Shown here one piece after another: positions 11,901-23,642 of a DNA stretch of 64,000 bases (position 1 is its first letter; each line of letters begins with the position of its first letter). The stretch lies in NCBI RefSeq assembly GCF_018350175.1, contig NC_058384.1:30380001-30444000 (forward strand). The letters are read 5' to 3'. A program made the position numbers and the translations under genes. The notes beneath the pieces are model-generated. The model searched no databases and had not been told where the DNA came from. It worked only from the letters and a program-made list of their open reading frames with translations. The DNA is from Felis catus (lineage: Eukaryota).

Positions 11901-13004
11901 GGTATTACCTTCTGATTCTTTCTGTTCTCTAGAAACTAGCGAAGGCCTTCTCCAGTTGTGTCAAAGTAAAACGTTTCTGTTTCAGTTTGTTTTGGACTTT
12001 TCTTCTTTCTCCTGGCTCTGCCTTGTTTGCCGATACAATCTGGACATCCCAGTCCAGAGGCTGAAATGGTCACTTCCCTGCTTAAGGACTGGAAAAACAA
12101 TTTTCAAATAATTCTAAGTCTCTCTGCTATTGTTAAAAATTTGTATTCTGAGTATTATTTTCTCTTCGGCCACATTTCCATAGCTCTAGCCATGTCTATT
12201 TCTAGTTGTACAGTACTTAATTCCTTCATGAGCTTCGCTGAACCTCTGTTACACCCTGAAAAGTGCCTCCACTAGTGACTTACTCCTCAGGAGGAGAGAC
12301 ACTCTCTGACTTCATGCCACTGCATCTCTCCATCTCATCTCTCTTCATAATCAGCCTTGGCAGTTTCAGTGAAAGAGAGCAGTCCTACCTGCTTTATAGT
12401 TTGGGCAGGAAGAACGTTCACGGACAAAGAGTAAACACAGAAACACAAAAACTCATTAGTCTAGGAATTCTTGAGAGTCCCCATATCACAGAAATGTGGG
12501 ATTTCAAGCACTTCCACTTTCTTTTAAACATCAGTCCCTCTGGGAGAGATTTATTAACTCACACTTTGCCATATTTGCTACTCACATCCCAGTCCAGTCA
12601 ATTCAAGTTCCTGAGGTCTTAAGGAGTCCCCTACTAGCTGATGAGTATCTGTATGCTTGTCCAAACAACTTGGTTTCCTTTTAGTAGAGACCTTGGACCC
12701 TGAAGTTTTCTTGACCACCATTCTTCACTGCCTCAATCCATGACTATCTGTGCAATTATGATGGGATGGTATTTTGAAACATCAATCAATCAATGTCTCT
12801 ACCCATTTCTAGTTAACATTAAACTACTTCAAGAAAGAAATCACCTGCTCACTAGAGATTGACCTTAATTATGTAAACTTTGATTCTTACAACATTTCTT
12901 ATTAGTTTCTATAATAATATATTTTTCTTTTAAGTATATCATATTTAAAGTGTCTTTATCTTTTTTTTCAAGTAATTTTAGGAATTAAACTTATAGAAGT
13001 GCTA

Positions 13005-13120
13005 AGGTACCTGGCTGGCTCAGTCAGTGTAGCATATGACTCTTGATCTCTGGGTTGTGGGTTCAAGCCCCACACAGGGTGCAACGATTACTTAAAAATA
13101 AAATGTTTTAAAAATATTTA
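13005..13120 (+). mobile_element. Short older SINEC (tRNA part plus tail)
   Basis: 'ggtacctggctggctcagtcagtgtagcatatgactcttgatctc...gggttcaagcccc'. Confidence 0.8.
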
Positions 13121-14522
13121 TACAAGTGCTAATTTATCTCTATAAACCAATTAGAGTGCAGCTCCTTTAGTAAAATAAACTTCATAATTTCACTTAGTAA
13201 TATCTTCCAGATGTAGGACATCTCACGTTCATATAATGAGAGGTAAAGCCCTTCATAAATAACAGGCACATAGACATACAGGCAAATAGAGAACTTATGG
13301 CTTTGAGTCTACAATTTCAGCCACGTGTCAAGAGTCAACACAGAAGCACAAAATCTCACTAGTCGAGATGCCAAAGAGTTGTTTTTCCCAGTGGGCACAG
13401 AATTCTTGAGCTCAAAATAGACAGACAAATGAACAAGAATAACAAGCCAGATTCTCTGCTGTCTTTCACTCCATACAAAAAAGATCTCTGTAAGCCATTA
13501 ATCCTTTTACAGAGATCACCAAGTGGCCAGACCACACTACCAAATTGCCAATCACTGCTGCCACAGGAGAGGCATAATTTATTGACCATATACAAACCAA
13601 AACACAAAACCAGTGGAGAAGAAAATTAAAATTAGGAAAACAGAAATTGAAGAAAATTCTGGTGTCCTTCAGATCCACCTCTGAAAGCAGGAAAAGAAAT
13701 ACCTACACTTGGCAATCCATGAGCTAGAGCTCCCTGGTCATAAGTTGGTCTGGTTCTGTCCAACGAATACACTGGGCATCTTGGTGGGAACTGCAAAACT
13801 GTTAAAGGATAACTCTAAAAGAAAGAATTTAAAAAGTAGTTATACAAAAGGATTTTATTTAACTCTTTTATTAACCTTCTCTGATAGATGTTACAATTTG
13901 TTCCAGGAGAATCCAAACAGCAGACACTTTACAGATCAGGAATATTGACCTTGCAAATGAATGCAAAACTGGCTTTTCTGCAGAGAAGGAGAGTTCTCTC
14001 TCCATTGGATAGAACTCAACTCACATGTTCACAGATAATAGTCATTTGTATTACCATCTGTTGTCTACAAGTTAACTTTAATCACTACAGAATTCTAAAA
14101 TAGTCTGATTCAAGATAAAGGTGAGTATCTTTCAGGATCAGACAATCCTCCAAACTCCAGCATTCCATTGAAAGGACATCCATTAATCTTTTTTGCTTAT
14201 TTCAAAGTGTTACATTTCTCCTTAACACATTACAAACCAGAGGACATAGGATGTACTAGAGGGAGAAGTTTCTGCTCATTCACAGATCTGCTCTACTTCT
14301 GGCCCTGTGTTTATCATTCATTCAAAAATATCTACAATCTACTGTGTACTTAGCACAGCACTAGGTGGGGTAAATTTTGAAAATAATGGGTCATGGTCCT
14401 TGCTCACAAGGAACTTACAATCTCATTATGGAAATAAGACATACAAAAAAGTAGCCAATAAATATAATAAACTGCAAAATTTTTAGTACAACCAGAAAAG
14501 AGGGCAATATAAAATAGAAATA

Positions 14523-15154
14523 CATCTGACCATCATTATTGATGCACTATGTATTTGTGAATTTGCCTACCTACTAAAATTTATCTGTAACTCCAAAACC
14601 AATACTTGCAAGTGCTTTTACATTCATTCATGGACACATGCAGAGTGGTGAAAATTTTTGTTGTTGCATACTCCCAGCTGAGCTTGAAGGAAGCAAAGCT
14701 TGCCTTCCTGTTTCAGCCCTCACATTATAAACAACTGTCCTCTTCACAGTCTATTTAGTACTATGTTTTCCACATTTTTGTGCTTTCGTTGGTGATTTTG
14801 CTGTTTAAAATGGTCCCCAAGGGTAGTGCTGAAGCGCTGTCCTAAGTGCTTAGGATCCTAAGCACATTTCTGTGACGTGCCTTATGGAGAAAATAAATAT
14901 GTTAGCTAAGCTTCACTCAGGCTCGGCCACGAATTCAACGTTAAGGAGTCAAAAATATATACTAAATGAAGTGTCTTTAAGCAGAAACACATATAAACCA
15001 AGGTTATGTATCAATTAGGTGGCTAAAATGCGACCAGAGGCTCAGGGGAACCTAGCCTGTATCCCCACTAGAAGCAATTGTTCGGTATTCACTATTACGG
15101 CGTTGGCAGTAACTTTATAGAACATTAACAATCACAAATGATGGCAATCAACTA
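14523..15154 (+). mobile_element. MER82-like TcMar-Tigger non-autonomous DNA transposon
   Basis: Collinear with the recalled MER82 consensus ('gaatttgcctacctactaaaatttatctgtaactccaaaaccaatac', 'gtttaaaatggtccccaagggtagtgctgaag', 'gaccagaggctcaggggaacctagcctgtat'); ~630 bp. Confidence 0.8.
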
Positions 15155-15295
15155 ATACTGAGGAAAAATGTTTTTCAAGTACATCCGATTTCCTTATTAA
15201 CATACAAGAGAACAACAACAAAAAAGCCTTCCCAAGAATTTACTCCACTCACTGCTCTCCCAAAGAGCCTACAATTGAAGTAACCTTCCCCCCCT

Positions 15296-15380
15296 CCCCA
15301 CTTTATTCTTCCTTCTTCCTCAGTTTCCCTCTCCCTCTCCCCCACTTTATTCTTCCTTCCTCAGTTTCCCTTTCCCTCTC
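15296..15380. repeat. Two-copy ~43-bp polypyrimidine tandem duplication
   Basis: CCCCACTTTATTCTTCCTTC(TTC)CTCAGTTTCCCT(C/T)TCCCTCTC at 15296-15339 and 15340-15380. Confidence 0.9.
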
Positions 15381-15468
15381 CTTCTCCCCCTCCCCCTTTC
15401 AGAAGGGTCTCCACTTAAAGAATGTTTCCCAATAATCTAGAGTCCTGTACTAATATTGAGAGACACGA

Positions 15469-15469
<1 letters not shown>

Positions 15470-15523
<54 letters not shown>
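15470..15523. repeat. (CA)n microsatellite, ~26 units
   Basis: Directly visible. Confidence 0.98.
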
Positions 15524-15525
<2 letters not shown>

Positions 15526-15769
15526 AAAAGTGAGCCCTGAGAATGCGTTCCAAAATTAACTGCAAAAACAGTTCTACGGGTACACTGTTCCCCACCTGGG
15601 GCGTCCGCCTTTTGAATCTCCCAAGGACATCATAAAAATACGCTAAAACACGTTTTTTTCTTCTTAGCTCTCACAAAGTCACCACCTCCTACCCCCCCGT
15701 AGGCCTACACAGAGCTGTTCGGCTCTTAGTTTAGTTCTTGTTTCTTTAAGGCAGAAGTCGGGTGTTTGC

Positions 15770-16560
15770 CCTATTCCGAAATGGCCGCCCATGCTTCCCC
15801 CGCTCTGCGCATGCTACTTGAACGCAATTCGGAGTTGTAATTCGCAGACTTTCGCGGCGCAAGATGGGGACTTGGCGGCCGGCGAGCCCGAACCTCCCAG
15901 CATGCCTTGCAGCCCGGCCGGGAGTCCCGACGTCTAGTGATGGGGAGCCCCTGGTGCTTTCGGCCGCCGCATCGGGTGTAGAGGTCGAGCCCCGAGCCTG
16001 GGAATTGGACGACCGCAGAGGAGAAAATGGAAGCGTGGCGCTGTGTGAGGAGGGGCTACGGCCGCTGTGTGGTGGGAAGAGGCCGGTCAGTAGGGCTGGG
16101 TGGCAGGAGGGAGGAGGGAGGGGCGGGGGCGGGCGGCCCGGGTAAACCCGGGGCGGGGCGGGCTGGGGGAGGAAGGAGGAGGAAGAGGGTCCGGGCGGCG
16201 GTGCCGCCGGGACGAGCCTCCGGAGACCCCGAGGGATAGGTAAACCCGGCGCGGAGCCGGCGGGACGCTTGGCCGACGCGGGCCGGGCCGGGCCCGGGTC
16301 GGGCCCGGGGCGATCGCCCGCCCGCAGGGCTAGTGCCTTCCCGACCTGGCTGGGCCTTGGAGCCCCGGCCCACTTTCCCCCAGCCCTGCCCCCGAGCCAG
16401 CCTGAACCCCCGCCCCGGTCCCCGGCCTCCTCCCAGGCCTCAGCACCCGCCGGGAGCTGAGCGTCCGCGGGGAAGCCGCCGGTCCGCAGTAGGTCCCGGG
16501 GCGGCCTGTCCCCGAGAGGCGCGCGCATCGCACGCACGCCCGGGGGTTTGCTGTTTGCGA
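15770..16560 (+). promoter_or_regulatory. ANGEL2: CpG-island promoter / first exon region of ANGEL2
   Basis: Very high GC and CpG density around the start codon; NRF1-like TGCGCATGC (15806-15814), E2F-like TTTCGCGG (15850-15857), GC boxes GGGGCGGGG in intron 1; no TATA box. Confidence 0.88.
16027..16085 (+). CDS. ANGEL2: ANGEL2 coding exon 1 (MEAWRCVRRGYGRCVVGRGR)
   Basis: Matches the recalled mammalian ANGEL2 N-terminus; Kozak aaaATGg; donor GTCAGT at 16086; phase 2 fits exon 2. Confidence 0.95.
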
Positions 16561-16919
16561 TGTCAGTGTCTCTCTCTCAAACTTGAGTCATTTGTGTACC
16601 AGCCTTTACGATTATTACCGAATTCTCGTTCCACACTTGTGTTTACTGCATTTTTCTTGAAATTGACTCATTTTTTTGAAAAAGCACTTAAGTAGTGCTG
16701 CCTATATTAGCATCGCCCCAAGCAGTACCCGTGAAATCTTGGGTTTGATGTACTGATTATGGGTTTTTCCCTAATAAATACTTAGATGTGAAAAATCTAA
16801 AAGTTTAATTGTGTACCGTATGAAACGGACTGGTATACCGCACCTGGGAAACAGCACTGTATTAATTATTATATATTATGGGGATCCGGTTTTAATCTCC
16901 TATAGTCCGGGCTTGATGA

Positions 16920-17085
16920 CAATTCAGTTCAACAGTGTTTTCCTGAGTACCAGCTGTGTGCCGGGCACTGTGCTAGGCACTTGGGAAGAGGCCAGGATTA
17001 AAATGAGTAAGAAAGCTCTGGCCTTGAAGGAGCTTATCATCTTAAGAGCAAAAGACGTCTCTATAAGTAACTACAAATACAAAGA
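16920..17085 (-). mobile_element. L2 3' end fragment
   Basis: 'attcagttcaacagtgttttcctgagtaccagctgtgtgccgggcactgtgctaggcacttggg'. Confidence 0.65.
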
Positions 17086-18124
17086 ATAAGTTTTGCAGCC
17101 ACGAGTATTATATGGCAACATGGTAGCTTATTAGCATGGACCAAGCACCCAAATCTCTATGGCTTTCAGAGTTGTCACAAAGCAGAGTAGCATGCCCATG
17201 TCATGCCTTTAAAGATTTACAATTAAGTTGAATTTAGAGAACAATTGGAGAATGCAAAAGTTTATAATAAATTATATAGAACAGCAAAAGTATATGATAA
17301 AAATTTTAAATGCCTTTAAATTAACATATAAAAGTTAAAAAAACAGTAAATACTATTTAAACTAAGTTTCTTTGGTGGTAGAAGTGAACATTATTAACAC
17401 TGTCTTGGAAGTGTACCTTTCATGAATTCTAGGAAAGGATAGAAGTCCTCTGAATCCAAAATTTTTGCCAGAATAGTATGGTAAGAAGATGGTGCTTGAG
17501 TTGTATTGTTTCTTAAGAGTGCCTGAGAACAAATTATTCAAGTTAATGATAACGCTACTTTGGCGATGTTTTGTATTGGTTGGAATGTTGGTGAATTATT
17601 AATGAGTAAGCTCTATCCCATTTCATTTCCCTCAAGGAGAAGCATGCCATGAAAAAAAAAAGATGGAAAATAAATTATCCACCTGCTGATTAGCAAGAGA
17701 GGCAGTTTGGTGAAGTTGTGATAGGTTTTTGTTTTCTTAGCTATACAAATGTTTGGAAAATGTAATCTTGGTTAAAAACAACTGTTCAGAAGCATGTTTT
17801 TACTACAAACCCAAGTTGGAGGAGAGATTGGCTTTAATTGTAGTCAGCTCATGTATTCCATAGTGATTTAACTCTTATGTTTGCTGTGGATTGTATTTAT
17901 CCAGAGTTTATTAGATACTAGAAGGCTACTCTGAAAACCAGTTTGATGGTTAATCTCTCAGTTGAACTGAGGACTTTTTGAAGTGTATGTGGTGTTTTGG
18001 GAGCCTGGTGGAGTCTATGTTAAGTATTTAGAATACCATTCATAGGTGTTGAAGGACAGCTTTGAGGTATTGCTACTAATAATTAAATCATGGCTGCTTT
18101 TGCCTGTCCTTCATAGATCTTGAA

Positions 18125-18388
18125 GATTTTTTTTTCAGATTCATATACATATATATATATAATATAATTATATTATATAATATATATACATATATATTTT
18201 TAGAGAGAGCACATGAGTAGGGGAGAGGGGCAGAGGGAGAGGGAGAGAGTGAGGGAGAGAGAGAATCTTAAGCAGGCTCCATGCTCAGCTCAGAGTTCTA
18301 CAAGGGGCTCGATCCCACCACCATGAGATCATGACCTGAGCCAAAATCAAGAGACAGACGCTTAACCAACTCAGCCACCCTAGAAGCC
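18125..18388 (-). mobile_element. SINEC with (TA)-expanded tail, ~110 nt upstream of the ANGEL2 exon 2 acceptor
   Basis: Antisense SINEC body 'gagatcatgacctgagccaaaatcaagag...cttaaccaactcagccaccc'. Confidence 0.88.
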
Positions 18389-18496
18389 AAAGTTTAAATA
18401 TCAGGCGTTATCTTGCCTTGAGGAGACAGATTTGGATTTAATGTGCTATAGCTGAACAAAAAGTGGTACCTCAAGGAGTGTATTTATTTCTTTTAG

Positions 18497-18822
18497 ATAC
18501 CCCATGTTTCCCCATCACCAGAAGAGTCTGNNNNNNNNNNNNNNNNNNNNNNNNNNNNNNNNNNNNNNNNNNNNNNNNNNNNNNNNNNNNNNNNNNNNNN
18601 NNNNNNNNNNNNNNNNNNNNNNNNNNNNNNNNNNNNNNNNNNNNNNNNNNNNNNNNNNNNNNNNNNNNNNNNNNNNNNCTTGTTTGTTTGAGTCTAGAAC
18701 TCCGTTTCAGTACTGGAACTGGAGACCTGACAGCCTGAGCCACAGCCCTTTGATTCATCTCTCTAGTTACATCATGAACTCTGAGGGAGATGAGCCTTCA
18801 TCAAAACGAAGAAAACACCAAG
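18497..18822 (+). CDS. ANGEL2: ANGEL2 coding exon 2 (YPMFPHHQKSL...[N-run]...CLFESR...EPSSKRRKHQ)
   Basis: Acceptor tttcttttag, donor GTAAAG; 326 nt; frame is kept across N-run 18531-18678. Confidence 0.95.
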
Positions 18823-19261
18823 GTAAAGGCGACGTTTATCTTGGTGGAGAAATAGATGTAAGCCATAGAAGGAAACTTTCCTATCTGATAATCCTTAAAA
18901 CCTCCTCCGGGTTTTGGAGGGGTTTAGTATTTGTTTTCAACCCATAGTTTTCTATTAGGAAAAAGGAAATTATTTTTTTAAGTGACGTCTTGATTTATAT
19001 CTATTTTTATCTTTTGTGTATTTCTGACAGTAAAAATACAGGAAACTATACATAAAGAGAGAGGGAGAGAGACAGAGAGAGGGGAAGAATGAGGTTGGGA
19101 AAGAATGTAGGACTAGATTAAAACATTAAGTTTAAGAATAATTATCAAATCCATTGATTTAAAAACAGGTCCTTAGACTTTCTAGAAATTGGTATATGTT
19201 CTTGGGAGTCCACAGATCTATAAAAAAATTAAATTTCAGGTTTTTATTATTTGCTTATTTA

Positions 19262-19370
19262 CTTTAAAGATTTTATTTTTAAGTAATCTCCACACCCAAC
19301 ATGGGACTCGACCTCACAACCCTGAGATCAAGAGTCGCACGTTCCACTGACTGACCCAGCCAGGTGCCCC
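19262..19370 (-). mobile_element. Short SINEC
   Basis: 'aagattttatttttaagtaatctccacacccaacatgggactcga...ccaggtgcccc'. Confidence 0.88.
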
Positions 19371-20199
19371 TCATGTTTTTATTTTTAATGCTAACTTTTT
19401 AATGTAAGACCAAAGGATATTCTTAAAGACACACAATCATTAATTGAAAGATATTTTCTTACAGAGTAAGATTTTAGCTTACTCAATGTATTTATTGTAC
19501 TGAGGTTTATACATATAATCTTGAGTCTGTGGGATGTCTTATCTTTTAATAAGGGAACCACATCTTTTTCAGCTTTGAGAATGAGTTTTTTTTCTAAATA
19601 TGTTGATTATTTCTAGATTTGTCAGATTGTTTACAATTCACTAGACTCGCTCTGTGCTGCCAGCCCTGCCTCCTCCCCCAAAGTATGTATGAATTACCTA
19701 AGTGGAACTTGGAGTTGTCTTTCTTACTGGGCTGTGTTTTCGGTGAAGATAATTCCTCTGGAGAAATTTGAAAATAGACCATATAAGTGTTTCTGTGTAG
19801 AGAGCTGACATAAGTTTGTCAAAGGAAGACGTACAGAGTTAGTCTCACTTGGAAGTCAGAGCTCGAAGGTTAACTAGACGATTAATTAGTGCTCTTTTAA
19901 ATAGAAATTCTACTACACATTTGAGTAGAAATTGTAAGCACCGTAAGTGAAAATCTATTTGTATAATATTTAACCACAGCATGTGTTCATAAACCAATAT
20001 TCTTTTGAATGAACGGAAGATGTATTGTAGAGGCATTAAAATTAGGTTCCTAAGAACAGTCAATCCATAACCTGTAAATCTAGGGCTGTATGATGACATG
20101 AGATGGCTTTTCATTCATGTATTCGTTGTTGATCAGGTCAGCACACTGCTCTCTTGCTTAGCCTTTGTAAATCTGGTGTGCTCCCAGGTGGAGTTGTGG

Positions 20200-20410
20200 C
20201 TTACTGACATAAGCATGGGCTCAGGAACCACTCCCTGCTCTCATTCTGTCCCACCACTAATTGTGTCAACTTGGACAGGTTATGGAGCCTCTCTGCTCCT
20301 TGGTTTCCAAGTGTAAAATAATGCCTACTTTGAAAGCCTGTTGAGGATGAAATGAGACATATCAAAGTGCCTAATACACTGTTGGCTTCATAGTAGGTAC
20401 TCAGAAAATC
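20200..20410. mobile_element. MIR fragment
   Basis: 'gttgaggatgaaatgagacatatcaaagtgcctaatacactgttggcttcatagtaggtactcag'. Confidence 0.6.
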
Positions 20411-22683
20411 GTGGTGGTGGTGTTTTCCCTTTAATGAATTGGGGATGACATTTACATACTGATAAACTTTGATTGCGACCTGACTCTTTATATGTCCATT
20501 CTTCCTAGGTATTGTGAATAAGGAAAATGCTCTTCGTTAAGCCATATTTGTGACTTCCGATAATTCACTAATACTTTTCAATCAAGAGAACAGCCTCCTA
20601 ACTTGCCTATCACTTTAAAGTGGTATTTGAAGGAATTGTGTGACACAATTATGACTTTTTAANNNNNNNNNNNNNNNNNNNNNNNNNNNNNNNNNNNNNN
20701 NNNNNNNNNNNNNNNNNNNNNNNNNNNNNNNNNNNNNNNNNNNNNNNNNNNNNNNNNNNNNNNNNNNNNNNNNNNNNNNNNNNNNNNNNNNNNNAGTAGA
20801 TGAAGGCCAAAGACTGTCCTCTCTCAGTCGTCTTCCGATTGTCTTCCATGGAACCCTAGCTCTCAAGCACATTTCTGTATGTTTATTAAAAGCAAATGTG
20901 GTCAGGAGAAAATATGTATTTACCCCATCAGCCAGCCCCAGTCTATTAGGGATTGATGGTCATGACACGAAAAGTAATGCCAAAGAGTTATACAAGCTTG
21001 AGAAGGTTGAAAGCCACTCTTTAATTAGATAATCTGATGGTTTCAGTTACTTCAGAAATGGAACTGCAAGAAGAGTTGGCTTACAAACACTTGCCAGGAC
21101 TATACAATTCTCAGTGCATTTCTGTGCCCTTACATATACATATTTTATAGGAAAATATGAACACCTTTTTCAGACCTTCATTTTTCATATCTTAATATGA
21201 AGGTGGCTCCAGGGTAGGGCTGTAACTTTGTGATGGTGGCTTGCATTTTGTTTGCATGACTAGAGCCCTTTGCATCTCGTATACATACAAAGACTATGAT
21301 TTGTGGCTAAAAACCATCAATAGACAGTCCCCAATTTATGAATGAATTGTGTTCTAGATAATTAGTTCTTGAGAATCAGTTGTGGATCATCAGTTTCCGT
21401 TTTCCCCATACAAACTATGTTACAAATCTCAGGGTAGTTCTGTGGAGTCAGTACAATTAGGTGTAGTTCTGGGCCTTTGCAGGTAGGATTCTTTTTATTC
21501 ATTGAAGGATAGGGAAGAATATGGTTTCCATCCCTTTCCTGGGTATAGGACAAGCTGTAGGCTAAGTTCTGTAATCCTTGAAGACTTTTGTTGAGTTTGG
21601 TTTTCTTTCCTTCCACCTTTTTTTTCTTTACCCTTCTCAGGCGCTTAGTACCTTCATGGTATCGTATGTCTCCCAGCACCACATTCCACCCAGACCTCAC
21701 TATTCATAAAAATTATCTTCCTCTTCGAGCCTCTGGTCAAAATCTCTATTCCCTCCATGCAGCAGACATTAAACATGTTTACCAGAGGATATTTAAAAAT
21801 TATTTACTTTATTGGCATTTCTACAGAGTTTATTGATACTTTGATTGTAAATATATCATCATTGTAGACGATTTAGAAAAATCATCCACAGTCCTTCCAC
21901 TCAGAAATAACCGCTCTTAAAAATACTGGTGTGTTTCCTTTTGGTCTTTTTTTCCCCTATGTATATTTTTCCTCAATTTAATTTTTAATTAGTGGAATCC
22001 TAGGTATTGTAATCCAGTGAAGCGAAAACCTTCATGTAGGAGAAGGAAGATGTTCTAGGACTGAGGTTTTTCATGTAATTTTAATCATGCTTGAAAGTCC
22101 ATCTCCAAACCTGTTTTCCCAAGTTCTTCCCTTTGTTTTCCCCTTCTGTTGAGCTCATGGAATCTCTAAAACTTCCACATTTTTCTTCATGGTTTCCATG
22201 GCAGTAAGAGTATCCTCCTTAATGGTGGGGTGAGAGAGACAAGGTCAAAGGGGTGTATGTACATTTGCGTGTGTGTGCAGGTCGTTTCTAAGTCGAGGAC
22301 TACCTATAGTTGAAAAATCTCGTGCTGATTCTCCTCTCATATTGTGTCTTTGCAGAATGTAAACTATCACAATTCCTGGTCGCTCACTGCATGCTGGGCT
22401 CTTCAGCCAGCCCTTACCATTTACTAGCATCCTGCACCTGTGTTCTCTCTAACTTTTGCTTTGGTGTGCGTTAAAAAGAATTCTTGTGTTCATTTCGTTT
22501 GCATCATTCCACTAAATACTGCTTCCACATGTTGGCATCATACACCCTTCATTCATGTCTAAACCAGAATTCTGAGATGAGTTCTTGCTAGAACTTAATC
22601 ATTTGATGATCTTATCTTACTCATAGGAAATAAAATATAGTGCAAAATCATCTTATTGAACAGTCAACTGTGACATTCAAATA

Positions 22684-23015
22684 CAGTTGACCTTTGAACA
22701 ATACACAAACTGCGTAGGTCCACTTACACGTGTGCTTTTCTGATAAGTANNNNNNNNNNNNNNNNNNNNNNNNNNNNNNNNNNNNNNNNNNNNNNNNNNN
22801 NNNNNNNNNNNNNNNNNNNNNNNNNNNNNNNNNNNNNNNNNNNNNNNNNNNNNNNNNNNNNNNNNNNNNNNNNNNNNNNNNNNNNNNNNNNNNNNNNNNN
22901 NNNNNNNNNNNNNNNNNNNNNNNNNNNNNNNNNNNNNNNNNNNNNNNNNNNNNNNNNNNNNNNNNNTTGAGGTGCTTTTGACCCCCCTCCCCCCGCATTG
23001 TTCAAGGGTCAACTG
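22684..23015. mobile_element. Tigger2-derived MITE (MER8/Tigger2a-like), centre masked by Ns
   Basis: Terminal inverted repeats CAGTTGACCTTTGAACAAT / ATTGTTCAAGGGTCAACTG flanked by TA TSDs. Confidence 0.9.
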
Positions 23016-23385
23016 TATATTGTTATGGTTATGAAGTTGCTGAGCTTCTCTGGCAGAGCCACTTGTTAACCATAAGTAAGTGAGAAACTAGGACCCCTAT
23101 TCAGTCTTAGCTTTATTAACACACTCTCAAGTCTCCAAAATGACTTGCCAGATCCTTTCAAACTTGTTTTGTACCTGTTGGTCAGTCATTATATCATTTT
23201 ACTGCCTTTGTAATCAATTTGATGACAACTTCCAGTTACTTAGTGCCATGTTGCCATTTCCTAGGGGAAAACGTTCTGTTCATTGCCTGTAGGAGTTTTT
23301 AAAAGGCAAGAAAAAACTGACATAAGGAAAATTGATGGTTTGTTTTTCGTTAACTCTTTATATGTTGTTCAATATATTTTAACAG

Positions 23386-23642
23386 GCACAATACAACGGC
23401 ATTGGGAATATATATGTAACCATAATAAAGACAAGACGAAGATCCTAGGAGACAAAAATGTTGACCCCAAATGTGAAGACAGCGATAACAAGTTTGACTT
23501 CTCAGTGATGTCCTATAATATACTTTCACAAGATTTATTGGAAGACAATTCACACCTCTATAGACACTGCCGACAGCCAGTTTTACACTGGAGTTTTAGG
23601 TTTCCCAATATTTTGAAAGAAATTAAACACTTTGATGCAGAT
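23386..23642 (+). CDS. ANGEL2: ANGEL2 coding exon 3 (TIQRHWEY...FSVMSYNILSQDLLEDN...HFDAD)
   Basis: EEP/CCR4 motif SYNIL; acceptor aacag, donor GTAAGT; 257 nt. Confidence 0.97.

Noticed and set aside
12690-14100. Possible ERV1 (MER4-group) internal fragment
   Set aside because: Composition is suggestive, but no LTR, primer-binding site or gag/pol/env motif could be identified by eye; needs RepeatMasker
15746-16537. 263-aa antisense ORF and other overlapping ORFs across the ANGEL2 promoter
   Set aside because: Low-complexity Pro/Gly/Arg/Ala ORFs are expected in stop-poor CpG islands; the 263-aa ORF has no ATG start and no recognisable domain
18156-18179. 24-bp perfect AT palindrome
   Set aside because: Arises trivially from (TA)n expansion in a SINE tail
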